From Candidatus Latescibacterota bacterium (GTDB lineage: Bacteria > Latescibacterota > UBA2968 > UBA8231): a DNA stretch of 64,000 nucleotides. Shown in pieces: positions 51,611 to 62,464 of this stretch; the first letter of the stretch is position 1, and each line of letters opens with the position of its first letter. Made by a program: the position numbers and the translations under genes. Below the pieces are notes generated by a model. The model was not told the DNA's origin. It ran no database searches and saw nothing but the letters and a program-made list of their open reading frames with translations. The stretch is from the NCBI GenBank assembly GCA_965248265.1, contig CBDFJF010000001.1, positions 1,824,001 to 1,888,000 on the forward strand, given 5' to 3'.

Positions 51611-52510
51611 TCAACCCTGAGACGGTACGGTTGACAGCGCGAGTTTGTCCGCCACTATAACGGGCGCACCCTCTACAATCCGAGTCATGCGCAGAGCTCG
51701 AACGGTCTCGACGACATCGTGCACACGCAGGATCTGAGCCCCTCGAGCGGCCGCCAGAACGGCTACGGCGAGGCTCCCCTCCAGGGCCTCGTCAGCCTTG
51801 AGACCTAGGCTCTTCCAGATAAAGGACTTTCGAGAGGCACCGATGACGACGGGCAACCCGAGGGCCGTAAACACCCCGACGTTGCGGATCAGCGAGAGAT
51901 TGCTGGCCGTGTTCTTGCCGAATCCGAGGCCGGGATCCACGGCCAGACGTTGCCTGGCAACACCGCCGGCAACGGCCGCATCAACGCGATCGGCGAGAAA
52001 CCCCTGCACCTCCCCAAGCAGGTCATCGTAGTTGGTGTTTTTCTGCATGACGTTGGAGCGTCCCCGGCGATGCATGAGCACGGCGGCAGCCCCGGTGGAG
52101 GCAACGACGTCAAGCATACCGGGATCGTCCGTGAAGGCACTGATGTCGTTGACGATGTCGGCGCCTGCGTCGAGAGCCTGACGCGCCACTTGTGCCCGAG
52201 TCGTGTCCACGGAAATTGGCGTGTCACTGCGCTGCCGGAAGCCCTCGATTACTGGCAGAACGCGGGAGCATTCTTCGGCGACACTGACTTCAACCAGATC
52301 ACCGTACATCGGAGGTCGCGAGGACTGGCCGCCAATGTCGATGACATCGGCTCCTTCGGCAACCATGGCCAGTGCCCGTTCGATCGCCTGGTCGGCGAGC
52401 TGGTAGTGTCCCCCGTCATAGAAGGAATCCGGTGTGACGTTGAGGATTCCCATGACATGAGCGCGCTCCGAGAGGTCCAGCCCCCTGGCGTCACTCAGCT
52501 GCCAGATCAT
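51611..52510 (-). CDS. folP: Dihydropteroate synthase
   Basis: Motifs MGILNVTPDSFYDGG, IDIGG.SSRP, ISVDT, NDIS, DPGLGFGK, SRKSF and RVHDV. Confidence 0.97.
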   Translation of the reverse strand: MIWQLSDARGLDLSERAHVMGILNVTPDSFYDGGHYQLADQAIERALAMVAEGADVIDIGGQSSRPPMYGDLVEVSVAEECSRVLPVIEGFRQRSDTPISVDTTRAQVARQALDAGADIVNDISAFTDDPGMLDVVASTGAAAVLMHRRGRSNVMQKNTNYDDLLGEVQGFLADRVDAAVAGGVARQRLAVDPGLGFGKNTASNLSLIRNVGVFTALGLPVVIGASRKSFIWKSLGLKADEALEGSLAVAVLAAARGAQILRVHDVVETVRALRMTRIVEGAPVIVADKLALSTVPSQG

Positions 52511-52526
52511 GTGCCTACCCTACCAC

Positions 52527-54674
52527 CTACTGATCGGGATCTGACAGCCCGCTCCGAGTAACCGGGTCGTCTTCGGCAGGGGCTGCGGCGTCCACGAACT
52601 CACCATTCCCGTTATCGTTGGAATCCTGGCGGACCACGGCCTCGCCGGCCATGATCTTGTCGAGGTCGGCGCTATCGAGGACCTCGTGCTCTAACAGCGC
52701 TTCGGCCACGGCACTCAATTTGTCCCGGTTCTTCTCCAGCAACGCACTCGCGGACTCCTCCGCTTCGAGGACGAACTTCCTGATTTCGGTATCGACGACC
52801 TGGGCGGTGTGCTCACTGAAGTTCCGCGTCCGGGTAAACTCCTTGCCCAGGAAAACCTCATCGTCTTCGCTGCCCAGGGAGAGCGGACCGAGGTTATCGC
52901 TCATGCCCCAGTCACAGACCATTGCCCTGGCCAGCGCTGTGATTTGCTTGTAGTCAGACGTAGCCCCGGAGGTCAGCTCCCCGAACACCAGCAGCTCGCT
53001 GCAGCGACCGGCCAGGCCGGTGGTCAGTCGGGCCTTGCATTCGGTCAAGGTGCTGGTATGCGTTTCCTCCTCGAGCCAGGAGACCATTCCCAATGCCTGG
53101 CCTCGCGGTATGATCGACGCCTTATTGATAGGCGGTGCGCCGGGCACCAGTTTGGCGATCAACGCGTGACCGGCCTCGTGATAGGCCGTCAGCTTCTTCT
53201 CCTTGTCCGTCATCTGCATGCTTCGTCGCTCTGCTCCGAGCATGACTTTGTCCTTGGCCTCTTCGAAGTCACCCATGATCACGGCGTCGCGATCGGTGCG
53301 CGATGCCAGCAGCGCCGCTTCGTTGACCATGTTCTCCAGGTCGGCACCCGAGACGCCGGGAGTGGCTCGGGCCAGGCGTTTGAAGTCCACGTCATCGCTC
53401 AGCGGCACATGACGGCTGTGTACCTTGAGAATGCCCTCGCGACCTCTCACATCGGGCAGTGGCACGACGACGCGGCGGTCAAAACGACCCGGGCGCAACA
53501 GCGCCGGATCCAGGACATCGGGCCTGTTGGTCGCGGCGATCAGGATGACTCCGTCGTTGGACTCGAAGCCATCCATCTCGACCAAAAGCTGATTGAGGGT
53601 CTGTTCACGTTCGTCGTGGCCTCCGCCGATGCCCGCTCCCCTGTGCCGGCCGACCGCGTCGATTTCGTCGATGAAAATGATGCAAGGGGCGCTGGTCTTG
53701 CCTTGCTCGAACAAGTCGCGCACCCTGGAGGCTCCCACGCCGACGAACATCTCCACGAAATCCGACCCGCTGATACTGAAAAACGGCACCTCTGCTTCAC
53801 CAGCGACTGCTCTCGCCAGGTGAGTCTTGCCGGTTCCTGGATGACCGACCATCAGTACCCCTTTGGGCGCCCGTCCGCCGAGGCGCTGAAACTTCTTGGG
53901 GTCTTTCAGGAACTCGATGATCTCTTCGAGTTCGGCTTTGGGTTCATCGGCTCCGGCAACATCTCGGAAGGTGGTCTTACGCTTGTCTTCGGTGAGAACC
54001 TTCGCCCGGCTTTTGCCGAACGAGAACAGTCCCTTCGGGCCTCCCTGCATCTGGCGCAGGATGAAGATCCAAAGACCGATGAAGAGCAACCAGGGAAGGA
54101 AGTTGAACAACGCGTTGTACCACGGAAACGGCTTGTCTTCGAAGGAAAACTCGATGCCGGCGTCGATCCACTGCTGCTTGGTGGCGGTGTCGATGGGACC
54201 GAGATTGACCCAGAACTGCGTGCCGTCGGTCAGCGTCCCGTGAAAAACCTCCATCCCCACGACCTTGCCACTTTCGATGGAGCCGCTATTCAGGTAATCC
54301 TGATACTGGGGATAGCGCACCTCTCGAGAGTCCGTCGGCATGCTGTCGTACAGCTTTGCGGCGAAGACCATCACCAGAATTAGGAATATCCAGAAGGCAC
54401 GGCTACGCGAGGGCCAACTCCAGGAAAATCGAGGTGACTCGTCTTCCTTGTGCCCGTCGGACGACTCGTCGGCGGAATCGGTTACCGGGGTATGGACCGG
54501 CATCGTTTCACCATCGCCATCCGGAGTCTTTTCGCCTTGCGAGGTTTCGTCGCCCCTCGGAATCACGACGTCGTCAGGTGGCCCAACGCCAGGCTGATCA
54601 TTCGTCACTGGTGGACTCGGTTCAGGCGGCTCGTGTGCTCGAGGTGATCTATCAGGCTGATTCGGTTCGCTCAT
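52527..54674 (-). CDS. ftsH: ATP-dependent zinc metalloprotease FtsH with a low-complexity acidic/Pro-rich N-terminal extension
   Basis: Two TM helices, [31 protein letters not shown] and HEAGH. Confidence 0.98.
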   Translation of the reverse strand: MSEPNQPDRSPRAHEPPEPSPPVTNDQPGVGPPDDVVIPRGDETSQGEKTPDGDGETMPVHTPVTDSADESSDGHKEDESPRFSWSWPSRSRAFWIFLILVMVFAAKLYDSMPTDSREVRYPQYQDYLNSGSIESGKVVGMEVFHGTLTDGTQFWVNLGPIDTATKQQWIDAGIEFSFEDKPFPWYNALFNFLPWLLFIGLWIFILRQMQGGPKGLFSFGKSRAKVLTEDKRKTTFRDVAGADEPKAELEEIIEFLKDPKKFQRLGGRAPKGVLMVGHPGTGKTHLARAVAGEAEVPFFSISGSDFVEMFVGVGASRVRDLFEQGKTSAPCIIFIDEIDAVGRHRGAGIGGGHDEREQTLNQLLVEMDGFESNDGVILIAATNRPDVLDPALLRPGRFDRRVVVPLPDVRGREGILKVHSRHVPLSDDVDFKRLARATPGVSGADLENMVNEAALLASRTDRDAVIMGDFEEAKDKVMLGAERRSMQMTDKEKKLTAYHEAGHALIAKLVPGAPPINKASIIPRGQALGMVSWLEEETHTSTLTECKARLTTGLAGRCSELLVFGELTSGATSDYKQITALARAMVCDWGMSDNLGPLSLGSEDDEVFLGKEFTRTRNFSEHTAQVVDTEIRKFVLEAEESASALLEKNRDKLSAVAEALLEHEVLDSADLDKIMAGEAVVRQDSNDNGNGEFVDAAAPAEDDPVTRSGLSDPDQ

Positions 54675-56106
54675 TATCAACTTCAGGGTGTGGTGGAAGC
54701 TCTCCAGCTAGCTGGAGAAACAACAGCTGTTTTGACGTCGGCTTGACCCGGAATGGCTGTGCGATGCGCAATCCAGCGACCCAGGCGATCTGCTCCCCGC
54801 TGGTCAGGAGAACTACCTCATCTCTCAAGAGGCGTGGCCATTTTTCATCCACGAGCAGGTCACTGATCTTCTTGCTTCCCGTCATGCCCATCGGCTGCAC
54901 TCGATCACCATTGCGCAGCGATCGCACCGACAAGCTCCGATGATCGATCTGGTCGGCATCCAGAACCGCTCGCCATGTGCCCAGCAGCGGCCTCAGTTCA
55001 TCCATCGAGGAAGCAGGCAGAAAGCGCGCCTCCAAAGCGATATCGCGCTCGGGAATCCAGGTCGTCCCCGGCAACTCGACAGACGCCTCGAATGAACCGG
55101 GAGATCCGTCGCGGATGATCAACCACTGTAACGTGCGCTGCGCCCGCAGATCAGCACAGAGGTGGACGACCCCGCCTGGCCCCGCGCGCATCAAGCCGGC
55201 AAGACGTTCAACGACATCGAAACCGACCTCGGCATCGACCGAGGACATCCCCGCCAGCAACTGCCGCAAGACCCTGCGTTGGACTGCTATATGATAACGG
55301 AGTAGGGATGGCGCAGCAAGGATGATTTTTCCGGTCGCCTGCGCGCAAACTACTGTTTCCAAAGCTGTTTGCGACTTTCGGTAGAGGGCATCGTCCTCGT
55401 CTCGAAGCACGGTGGCTGTGTGGGCAAGCGTGCTCGTCAGTCTCGGGTTGTAGTCCGACTCGAGCAGTGGCAGCAGTTCGTGCCTGATTCGATTTCGCAG
55501 AAACCGGGTATCCATGTTTGTTGCGTCCTCACGGTAATCGATGCCTCTCGATTCTGCGTACTCGGCCACCGTCCTGCGTTCGAACGCCAACAGAGGTCTC
55601 AGATGATTCCCGCCAACTCGGAGAGGCTCCATGGCAGCCAGCCCTCGGGTCCCGCTGCCGCGCAACATCCTCATCAGCACGGTTTCTGCCTGGTCTGATG
55701 CGTGATGACCAGTGGCGATGTAGCGACTGCCCGTTCCCACCCGGATGTCTTCCAGGAATTGGTAACGCAGTTCACGCCCCGCCGCCTCAACAGAGAGACC
55801 CACCCGCTGGGCGTACTCACTCACGTCTACCCTACGAGTATGAACAACCAGTTCGTATGCTCGTGCTGACGCGGCAACGAATTCGGCATCACTGGCCGAA
55901 TCCGCCCGCAGACCATGATCGAGGTGAGCTACCGATACCTCATACTCGAATTTCCCTCTCAGTTCACACAACACATCCAGTAGGGCCATCGAGTCGAGTC
56001 CCCCAGATACAGCCACAACGATCGAATCGCCCTGTCGGATGGACGCGACGTGCCGGAGGAATGACTCGACACCGGGTTGAATTGCCTTTGCCCCTTGCAG
56101 CTGCAT
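54652..56106 (-). CDS. tilS: tRNA(Ile)-lysidine synthetase
   Basis: Motifs [36 protein letters not shown] and RNRIRH. Start is uncertain; ATG 56106 chosen. Confidence 0.95.
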   Translation of the reverse strand: MQLQGAKAIQPGVESFLRHVASIRQGDSIVVAVSGGLDSMALLDVLCELRGKFEYEVSVAHLDHGLRADSASDAEFVAASARAYELVVHTRRVDVSEYAQRVGLSVEAAGRELRYQFLEDIRVGTGSRYIATGHHASDQAETVLMRMLRGSGTRGLAAMEPLRVGGNHLRPLLAFERRTVAEYAESRGIDYREDATNMDTRFLRNRIRHELLPLLESDYNPRLTSTLAHTATVLRDEDDALYRKSQTALETVVCAQATGKIILAAPSLLRYHIAVQRRVLRQLLAGMSSVDAEVGFDVVERLAGLMRAGPGGVVHLCADLRAQRTLQWLIIRDGSPGSFEASVELPGTTWIPERDIALEARFLPASSMDELRPLLGTWRAVLDADQIDHRSLSVRSLRNGDRVQPMGMTGSKKISDLLVDEKWPRLLRDEVVLLTSGEQIAWVAGLRIAQPFRVKPTSKQLLFLQLAGELPPHPEVDNERTESA

Positions 56107-56231
56107 CTCTGAAACCTTGCCCTCTGCGACGACTGTGTGCCGGCGAATAGGGCCTAAAGTGGCATGGAACAGGGATTGCTCTAACGAGATTGATATTACA
56201 ACGAAAGTATTGTGAAAGGACGATACCTGCG

Positions 56232-56654
56232 ATGGCTTCCTCTCCCAACTCAAAGCTGGATTCGATCAGAATACAGACGGCACGGATGCTCGAGATCTAC
56301 GCCCTGCTCAGGCGACAATTGAAAGAAGGTAACATCCACCTACCCCCGGAAAAGCACGAGCAACTCAGTGGCGCAATCCGTACGATCGCCAAGAATATGC
56401 TGCAGTTGCAGTCCTACCACATATCCCACCAACCGAAGGAAGAAACTTCCTCGAGGGCGGAGCGCGAGGAAGTGACTTCCCGAGGCGATGGGATCGAGGC
56501 CCCGAACCTGAACGACCTGGCGACCAACGCTTCGTTGGCTCCCAAAGATCCCTCATCCGAAGGGTTGCCCGTATCTCCCGCCGAATTGCAGGAACTGGAT
56601 GACATCGTCAATCAGGTTCTGCAGTGGCACATGGCAAACGGCGGTGTGGTCTGA
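56232..56654 (+). CDS. Hypothetical helical protein
   Basis: ATG 56232 follows AAAGGA. The 140-aa ORF fills the tilS-lexA gap and has no motif I recognise. Confidence 0.6.
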   Translation: MASSPNSKLDSIRIQTARMLEIYALLRRQLKEGNIHLPPEKHEQLSGAIRTIAKNMLQLQSYHISHQPKEETSSRAEREEVTSRGDGIEAPNLNDLATNASLAPKDPSSEGLPVSPAELQELDDIVNQVLQWHMANGGVV

Positions 56655-56730
56655 CGAACCACCGGCAGGAAAGCCTCAAATGCCTGCTGAACCCAGTTCC
56701 AACCGACGTCCCCGCCGTAGCGCCAACCCC

Positions 56731-56760
56731 TTGACAAATGCACGAATGTGCAGTAAATAT
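56731..56760 (+). promoter_or_regulatory. lexA promoter with a candidate SOS box TGCAC-N4-GTGCA in the spacer
   Basis: TTGACA at 56731-56736, palindrome TGCACgaatGTGCA at 56739-56752, and an AT-rich -10 region TAAATAT at 56754-56760. Confidence 0.8.
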
Positions 56761-56813
56761 TTGGATAGGAGTTGAGGTACATACGCGCATCCTCCCCGGA
56801 CGGAGACCGCCCC

Positions 56814-57440
56814 ATGCCCAAGCAACTGACGGACAGACAGCAAGTCATCTACGACTTCATTGCCCGGATCATCCGCAGTCGCGGGGCCCCGCCCACGATT
56901 CGTGAGATCATGGACGAGTTCGAGATCAGCTCTACGAATGGGGTCAGGACCACGCTGGCTGCTCTCGAACGGAAGGGGCATATCCGGCGCCTGCCCCGGC
57001 TCTCTCGCGGTATCGAGCTGGTTGATTATGCTGAACCCGAGACCCTGTCGCTGGAAACCGTGGAAGTACCCATTCTCGGCAGAGTTGCCGCCGGCGCGCC
57101 CATCCTGGCGGCCGAGAACTTCGAGGGTGCCGTGCATGTGGATAAGTCGTTGACCACTGGAGGCGACCTGTTTGCCTTGCGGGTCCACGGCGAGAGCATG
57201 AAGAATGCCGGCATACTCGACGGTGACATCGTCGTCGCACGGCAGCAGGAGAACGCCGATCGTGGTGAAATCGTCGTCGCCATCATCGAAGATGAGGCTA
57301 CCGTCAAGCGCTTCTTTCGGGACCCGGATGGAGTGCGCCTTGAACCTGAGAACGAGACCTTCCGGCCCATCCACGTCACCGCTGACAGCGGAGAGTTCCG
57401 CATCGCGGGCAAGGTCGTGGGCTTGATGCGCCGGTTCTGA
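56814..57440 (+). CDS. lexA: SOS repressor LexA
   Basis: Motifs LTDRQ, PPTIREI, cleavage site VAAG, catalytic GESM and ATVKR. GGAG RBS precedes ATG 56814. Confidence 0.97.
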   Translation: MPKQLTDRQQVIYDFIARIIRSRGAPPTIREIMDEFEISSTNGVRTTLAALERKGHIRRLPRLSRGIELVDYAEPETLSLETVEVPILGRVAAGAPILAAENFEGAVHVDKSLTTGGDLFALRVHGESMKNAGILDGDIVVARQQENADRGEIVVAIIEDEATVKRFFRDPDGVRLEPENETFRPIHVTADSGEFRIAGKVVGLMRRF

Positions 57441-57512
57441 GCCCCTCCCACCACCGGAAGTGAGTGCCGACTTGAACACACCGAGTCGGTACGCGTTCGT
57501 ATTCCCTCTACC

Positions 57513-58871
57513 ATGAAAACGACGAGTCATGCCATCGACGCCACCGGGCGACGACGGGATGCTCTGACGATCTTCCAGTCCGCCGTCGATGCGGCCGATC
57601 CTGAGCGCTGCGTGCACGCCGCCGTTCAACTGGATGACGACGAGCTCCACGTCGCCGGCGCAGATTCCCCCTACGACCTGAGCACGTTCTCGCGCATCTG
57701 TATCGTCGGGGCCGGCAAAGCCACCCCTGCGATGGCAGCTGCGGTGGAAGATATTCTCGGCGACCGCATTGCCGTAGGAGCGATCAACACCAAGTACGGA
57801 CACGCCGACTCGCGCTTGCGGCGAATCTCCACCACCGAGTGCGGCCATCCGATCCCGGATGAGGCCGGAGTGGAGGGCACTGCCGAAATGGTCCAACTGC
57901 TCAAGGATTCGGACGAGGACAGCCTTGTCATCTGCTTGTTCTCGGGCGGCGGATCGGCCCTGATGCCTGCGCCCGTGGAAGGTATTTCACTCGCCGAGAA
58001 GCAGGAGACCACGCAGCAGTTGCTCGCCTGCGGCGCCACCATCGACGAGATCAACACCATCCGCAAGCACCTGTCGTTGGTGAAAGGTGGGCGTACGGCC
58101 AGGCTCGCGGCACCGGCCACGGCCATCTCGCTGGTCATATCCGATGTCATCGGTGATCGACTGGATACCATTGCCTCCGGACCGCTGTACCCGGATCAGA
58201 CGACCTACGGTGATTGCCTAGAGATCTTCACCCGCTTCGGGTTGCTCGAACGGCTGCCACCGAAGGTTCTCGATTACATGAAAGCTGGAGACCGCGGTGA
58301 TGAGCCAGAGACCGCGGGGCCAGACGACCCCTCCTTTGCCCGCTGCGCCAACTACGTTGTCGGCAACATCAGCCTCTCCATCGATGCAGCGCGCCGTTCT
58401 GCTGCTGAACTCGGATATGAACCGCTCATTCTCTCATCACGAATAGCCGGTGAAACACGTGAGGTGGCGGCCGTCCACACCGCGATCGCCCAGGAGGCTG
58501 TAGAGAGTGGTCGTCCGGCTGGAGCACCAGCCTGCATCATCAGTGGTGGCGAGACTACCGTGACTCTGAAGGGTTCGGGGAAAGGCGGACGCAACCAGGA
58601 ATTCGCCCTTGCGGCAGCCATTGAACTGGATGGATGGGACGGGATCACAGGGTTGAGTGGCGGTACCGACGGCACCGATGGTCCGACCGATGCCGCTGGA
58701 GCCATCTCCGATGGGGGCACGGTTGCACGAGCTGCGGCCCTGGGAATGGATGCCGCCGGCTATCTGGATGACAACGATTCATACCATTTCTTCAGTGCCC
58801 TCGATGATCTGGTGATTACAGGACCGACGGGGACCAATGTCATGGATCTGCGGCTCTTCTTGATCTCCTGA
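57513..58871 (+). CDS. Glycerate 2-kinase (MOFRL family, GckA/TtuD-like)
   Basis: Motifs GAGKA, GHPIPD, SGGGSAL, IRKHLS.VKGG, SDVIGD, GGETTV, GGRNQE, GTDGTDGPT and TGTNVMD. Confidence 0.93.
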   Translation: MKTTSHAIDATGRRRDALTIFQSAVDAADPERCVHAAVQLDDDELHVAGADSPYDLSTFSRICIVGAGKATPAMAAAVEDILGDRIAVGAINTKYGHADSRLRRISTTECGHPIPDEAGVEGTAEMVQLLKDSDEDSLVICLFSGGGSALMPAPVEGISLAEKQETTQQLLACGATIDEINTIRKHLSLVKGGRTARLAAPATAISLVISDVIGDRLDTIASGPLYPDQTTYGDCLEIFTRFGLLERLPPKVLDYMKAGDRGDEPETAGPDDPSFARCANYVVGNISLSIDAARRSAAELGYEPLILSSRIAGETREVAAVHTAIAQEAVESGRPAGAPACIISGGETTVTLKGSGKGGRNQEFALAAAIELDGWDGITGLSGGTDGTDGPTDAAGAISDGGTVARAAALGMDAAGYLDDNDSYHFFSALDDLVITGPTGTNVMDLRLFLIS

Positions 58872-59111
58872 TTCATCTGCCTCCCGTCTCACGCCCTGCC
58901 GTGTGCCAAATTGGGGTTGATCCTGAGTGAGGAACGGATCCCCCCGGTCGCGCGTATAACGAGTAGGACAATGCCTGACCGTGTTCCCCGTGGGCACCCC
59001 TGCTGCCTTTGTCGCTACTGAGGCGCGCTTGACACCTCCAAGGTGACGGGTATAGGTTTGTTTTTCCTTCGGTTATCCACCACTGCCATCATCGTGAGCC
59101 ACCGATCTTTC

Positions 59112-60068
59112 ATGCTCCGACTGTTCTCAACTTTGTTGTTCGCCAGCTTGTTCGGGGGGACTCTGCTCCTGGCTCAGCGCAGTACGGCGGCAACCGCCTA
59201 CGCAGGAGAATTCCTGGCTGTGGGGGCTGGCGCCCGGGCCAGTGCCCTTGGCAACGCTTACGTCGCCATGGTCGACGACGCCACGGCCGGATACTGGAAC
59301 CCGGCAGCGCTGGCGACGGTCACGCAGGGCGAATTGCATTTTACCCACGCGGACCGCTTTTCCGGTCTCGTGAGTCAGGACTTCGTGGCGGTGGCCTTGC
59401 CGCGTTTCGCCCTGTTCGATACCGGAGCATTCAGTCTGCTGCGCGTCGGCGTTGACGACATCCCGTTCACTCGTCTGCAGAATGAGGCGCTACCGGTAGG
59501 ACCGGATAATCGTCCGCTGGTGGCGTCAACGGAGACCAGCCAGGATCTTGCCTTCCTGCTTTCCGGGGGTCGGAAGCTCACTGAGGCGCTGGATCTTGGT
59601 CTTACCGGAAAGCTCATCTACCGGACAGTCGATCAGTTCTCTGCCTACGGCTTCGGCGTCGACCTGGGCTTGCGTTACCGTCTGGCCAACGGCCTCGTGC
59701 TGGCCGCCAATGTCCGCGACCTGACGTCCACTCCAATATTGTGGAATGAGGGGCTCGGCACCGATCGCATACAGCCGTCGCTGGGACTGGGACTGGCCCT
59801 GCAGCGGGCCCTCGGCGCCGGCATGGCCTCACTGTCGCTGGGCTCCAGGTCCGGCGGCAATGCTGAGGACAATTCGGGTGCCGAGCCAGTCAACGCTGGC
59901 ATCGAATACGTGGTCGGCAAGGTCGCCCTGCGAGGTGGCCTGGAGGAGGGGCGCCAATCGTTCGGACTGGGTCTGGAAGTGCACAATCGGCTGACACTCG
60001 ACGCCGCGTACCTGCAGCACGACGATCTCAAATCCACCTACTTCTTCAGCGGCTCGATCGGACTCTGA
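59112..60068 (+). CDS. PorV/PorQ-family outer-membrane beta-barrel (FadL-like)
   Basis: Signal peptide, then FLAVGAGARASALGNAYVA..DDATAGYWNPAAL, D.G..Y and amphipathic strands. Confidence 0.82.
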   Translation: MLRLFSTLLFASLFGGTLLLAQRSTAATAYAGEFLAVGAGARASALGNAYVAMVDDATAGYWNPAALATVTQGELHFTHADRFSGLVSQDFVAVALPRFALFDTGAFSLLRVGVDDIPFTRLQNEALPVGPDNRPLVASTETSQDLAFLLSGGRKLTEALDLGLTGKLIYRTVDQFSAYGFGVDLGLRYRLANGLVLAANVRDLTSTPILWNEGLGTDRIQPSLGLGLALQRALGAGMASLSLGSRSGGNAEDNSGAEPVNAGIEYVVGKVALRGGLEEGRQSFGLGLEVHNRLTLDAAYLQHDDLKSTYFFSGSIGL

Positions 60069-60097
60069 GCTCAGCTACTTCTTCTTCGAATGCCCCG

Positions 60098-60991
60098 ATG
60101 GGGGACGGCGGCCGCTGCGGCTATGCGGCGATAGTCGGCCGCCCCAACGCCGGTAAGTCGACCTTCTTCAACGCAGCGCTCGGACAGCGTTTCTCCATCG
60201 TCACATCCAAACCCCAAACGACCCGGTCACGGATCGTCGGTGTGCTGACACGCGGATCGACCCAAACTGTGTTCCTGGACACGCCCGGACTCCTGGAGCC
60301 CAGCTATCGGCTGCACCACTTTATGGTACGGCAAGCCGAACGCTCGGCTACCGAAGCCGACGTCGCTCTCCTGCTGGTGGACGGAACCCGTCCGTTCGAC
60401 CGCTTCGACCTGGTCACTGACCTGGTCGACCGGCTTCATGTGCCGCTGATCGCGGCCATCAACAAGATCGACAAGGTCCCGTTGGAGAGACTGAGCGGGA
60501 TGGTCGAGGAAGTGCGCACCCGCCTGAGGTTGGACGAGGTGCTGACGATGTCCGCTCTTCGTGGACAACACGTCGACGAAACGCTGGACCAACTCGAGCA
60601 GAGACTTCCGTTCGGCCCGAAGCTTTACCCCGACGATATGATCGCCGAGCAACCGGAGCGTTTTTTCGTCGCCGAATTCATTCGACAGGCTGCCTTCGAT
60701 CAACTCTCCGACGAGCTGCCTTATTCGATCGAGGTAACGATCGATGAATTCAGAGACGGCTCCGGGCCTGACAAGACCTACATTCACGCCACCTTGTTCG
60801 TTGAGCGAGAGAGCCAGAAGGGAATCGTGATCGGTCGCAAGGCCAGTCGCCTGAGAAGCATCGGCAGTGACGCCCGTCGGGAGGTAGAAACCCTCCTGGA
60901 CAGGCCGGTGTTTCTGGATCTGCGCGTGAAGGTAAGACCCGATTGGCGCGACAAAGACAGGGATCTGAAAGAGTTCGGGTATGAACAATAG
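60098..60991 (+). CDS. era: GTPase Era
   Basis: Motifs GRPNAGKST, KPQTTR, DTPG, NKID and KH-domain SQKGIVIG. Confidence 0.97.
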   Translation: MGDGGRCGYAAIVGRPNAGKSTFFNAALGQRFSIVTSKPQTTRSRIVGVLTRGSTQTVFLDTPGLLEPSYRLHHFMVRQAERSATEADVALLLVDGTRPFDRFDLVTDLVDRLHVPLIAAINKIDKVPLERLSGMVEEVRTRLRLDEVLTMSALRGQHVDETLDQLEQRLPFGPKLYPDDMIAEQPERFFVAEFIRQAAFDQLSDELPYSIEVTIDEFRDGSGPDKTYIHATLFVERESQKGIVIGRKASRLRSIGSDARREVETLLDRPVFLDLRVKVRPDWRDKDRDLKEFGYEQ

Positions 60992-61009
60992 GAAGGAGGG
61001 TGAACGGCG

Positions 61010-62353
61010 ATGAAGGTTCTAGTCGTTGGCAAGGGTGGTCGGGAGCACGCGTTGATCTGGAAGATCGCCCAGTCACCGAGGGTCGAAGCCATCTTTGCTG
61101 CTCCGGGCAGCCCGGGCATAGCACCCCTGGCGACCTGCCTCAGCGATTTGCGCCTGGATAAACCCGCCTCGGACCGCGAAGGTTTGTTGCAGGAAATCGA
61201 CCACCTGTTGGATTTCGTCGACGAGCAAGCCATCGATCTGACAGTTGTTGGACCGGAAGATCCCCTCTCCGTCGGCATCGTCGATCGGCTCGAGGCTGGT
61301 GGCCACAAGGTCTTTGGACCCTCCGCGGCAGCTGCCAGGATAGAGAGCGACAAGACCTTCTCCAAGGATCTGATGGCCCGTATCGGTGTTCCCACGGCCG
61401 CGCATCGATCGTTCTCCGATAGCGACGAAGCCCGCGCCCACATTCGTACGGTAGGTGCCCCGATTGTAATCAAGGCATCCGGCCTCGCGGCCGGCAAAGG
61501 CGTGACCGTGGCGGCCACCATCGATGAAGCGCTCTCGGCCGTCGACCGGATCATGGATCAGTCGATTTTCGGCGAGGCTGGCGCCGAGGTCGTGATCGAA
61601 CAGTTCCTCGAAGGCGAGGAAGCCTCCTTGTTCGCCATAACGGACGGCAACGAATTCGTCACCCTGGTCACTGCTCAGGATCACAAGCCTATCGGGGAAG
61701 GCGACGTCGGACCAAACACCGGAGGAATGGGGGCCTACGCACCCGCGCCGGTGATGACGGCACAGCTCGTACGCACTGCCGAAGATCAGGTGATCATGCC
61801 GGTTTTGGCCGAAATGCGTCGGCTGGGGACCCCCTTTTGCGGCGTGCTCTATGTCGGGTTGATCATCACCGAAGAGGGCCCGATGGTGATCGAGTTCAAT
61901 TGCCGATTCGGAGATCCTGAAGCACAGGTGGTCCTACCCCTGCTGGCGTGCGACCTCGTTGACTTGATGGAAGCCGTCGCCGACGGCGATCTCAGTCGCG
62001 TCGACAGCGCGCCCGTCCGTGACGGCGCCGCGGTCTGTGTCGTGCTGGCATCTCAGGGATATCCCGACGCCTATGAAACTGGCAAAGTTATCGAAGGACT
62101 GGACTATTTCACGGGTCGCGACGACCAGATGGCTTTCCACTCCGGAACGACTTTGAAGGATGGCTCTGTCGCCACTGATGGCGGGCGGGTTTTGGGCGTC
62201 ACCGCGCTGGGAGAAGACATACCCTCCGCTCTAAAAGGCGCCTACGACGCGGTCGACGAGGTCTCCTTCGAAGGTAAGCTGTACCGGCGCGATATCGCTC
62301 ACCGAGCCATGGCTCGGCTGGGCCTCCCCATCGCCCATGGCGGCAAGTCCTGA
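61010..62353 (+). CDS. purD: Phosphoribosylamine--glycine ligase
   Basis: Motifs GGREHA, VGPE, KASGLAAGKGV, QDHK, GPNTGGMGAY, EFNCRFGDPE and GGRVL. Confidence 0.98.
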   Translation: MKVLVVGKGGREHALIWKIAQSPRVEAIFAAPGSPGIAPLATCLSDLRLDKPASDREGLLQEIDHLLDFVDEQAIDLTVVGPEDPLSVGIVDRLEAGGHKVFGPSAAAARIESDKTFSKDLMARIGVPTAAHRSFSDSDEARAHIRTVGAPIVIKASGLAAGKGVTVAATIDEALSAVDRIMDQSIFGEAGAEVVIEQFLEGEEASLFAITDGNEFVTLVTAQDHKPIGEGDVGPNTGGMGAYAPAPVMTAQLVRTAEDQVIMPVLAEMRRLGTPFCGVLYVGLIITEEGPMVIEFNCRFGDPEAQVVLPLLACDLVDLMEAVADGDLSRVDSAPVRDGAAVCVVLASQGYPDAYETGKVIEGLDYFTGRDDQMAFHSGTTLKDGSVATDGGRVLGVTALGEDIPSALKGAYDAVDEVSFEGKLYRRDIAHRAMARLGLPIAHGGKS

Positions 62354-62464
62354 TCTCAAAAGAAAACAGCGCCTCGCCATTTGGGGATTGACGAGACGCT
62401 GTTTGATTGATCGCCAGGTTGTCGGGGTCGGGGGCAGCGACCCCGCGATGCCGAACGTGCTTCC

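Noticed and set aside
58981-58990. GTGTTCCCCG matching the start of type I-E CRISPR repeats
   Set aside because: It is a single 10-bp match, the rest of the repeat is absent, and there is no array.
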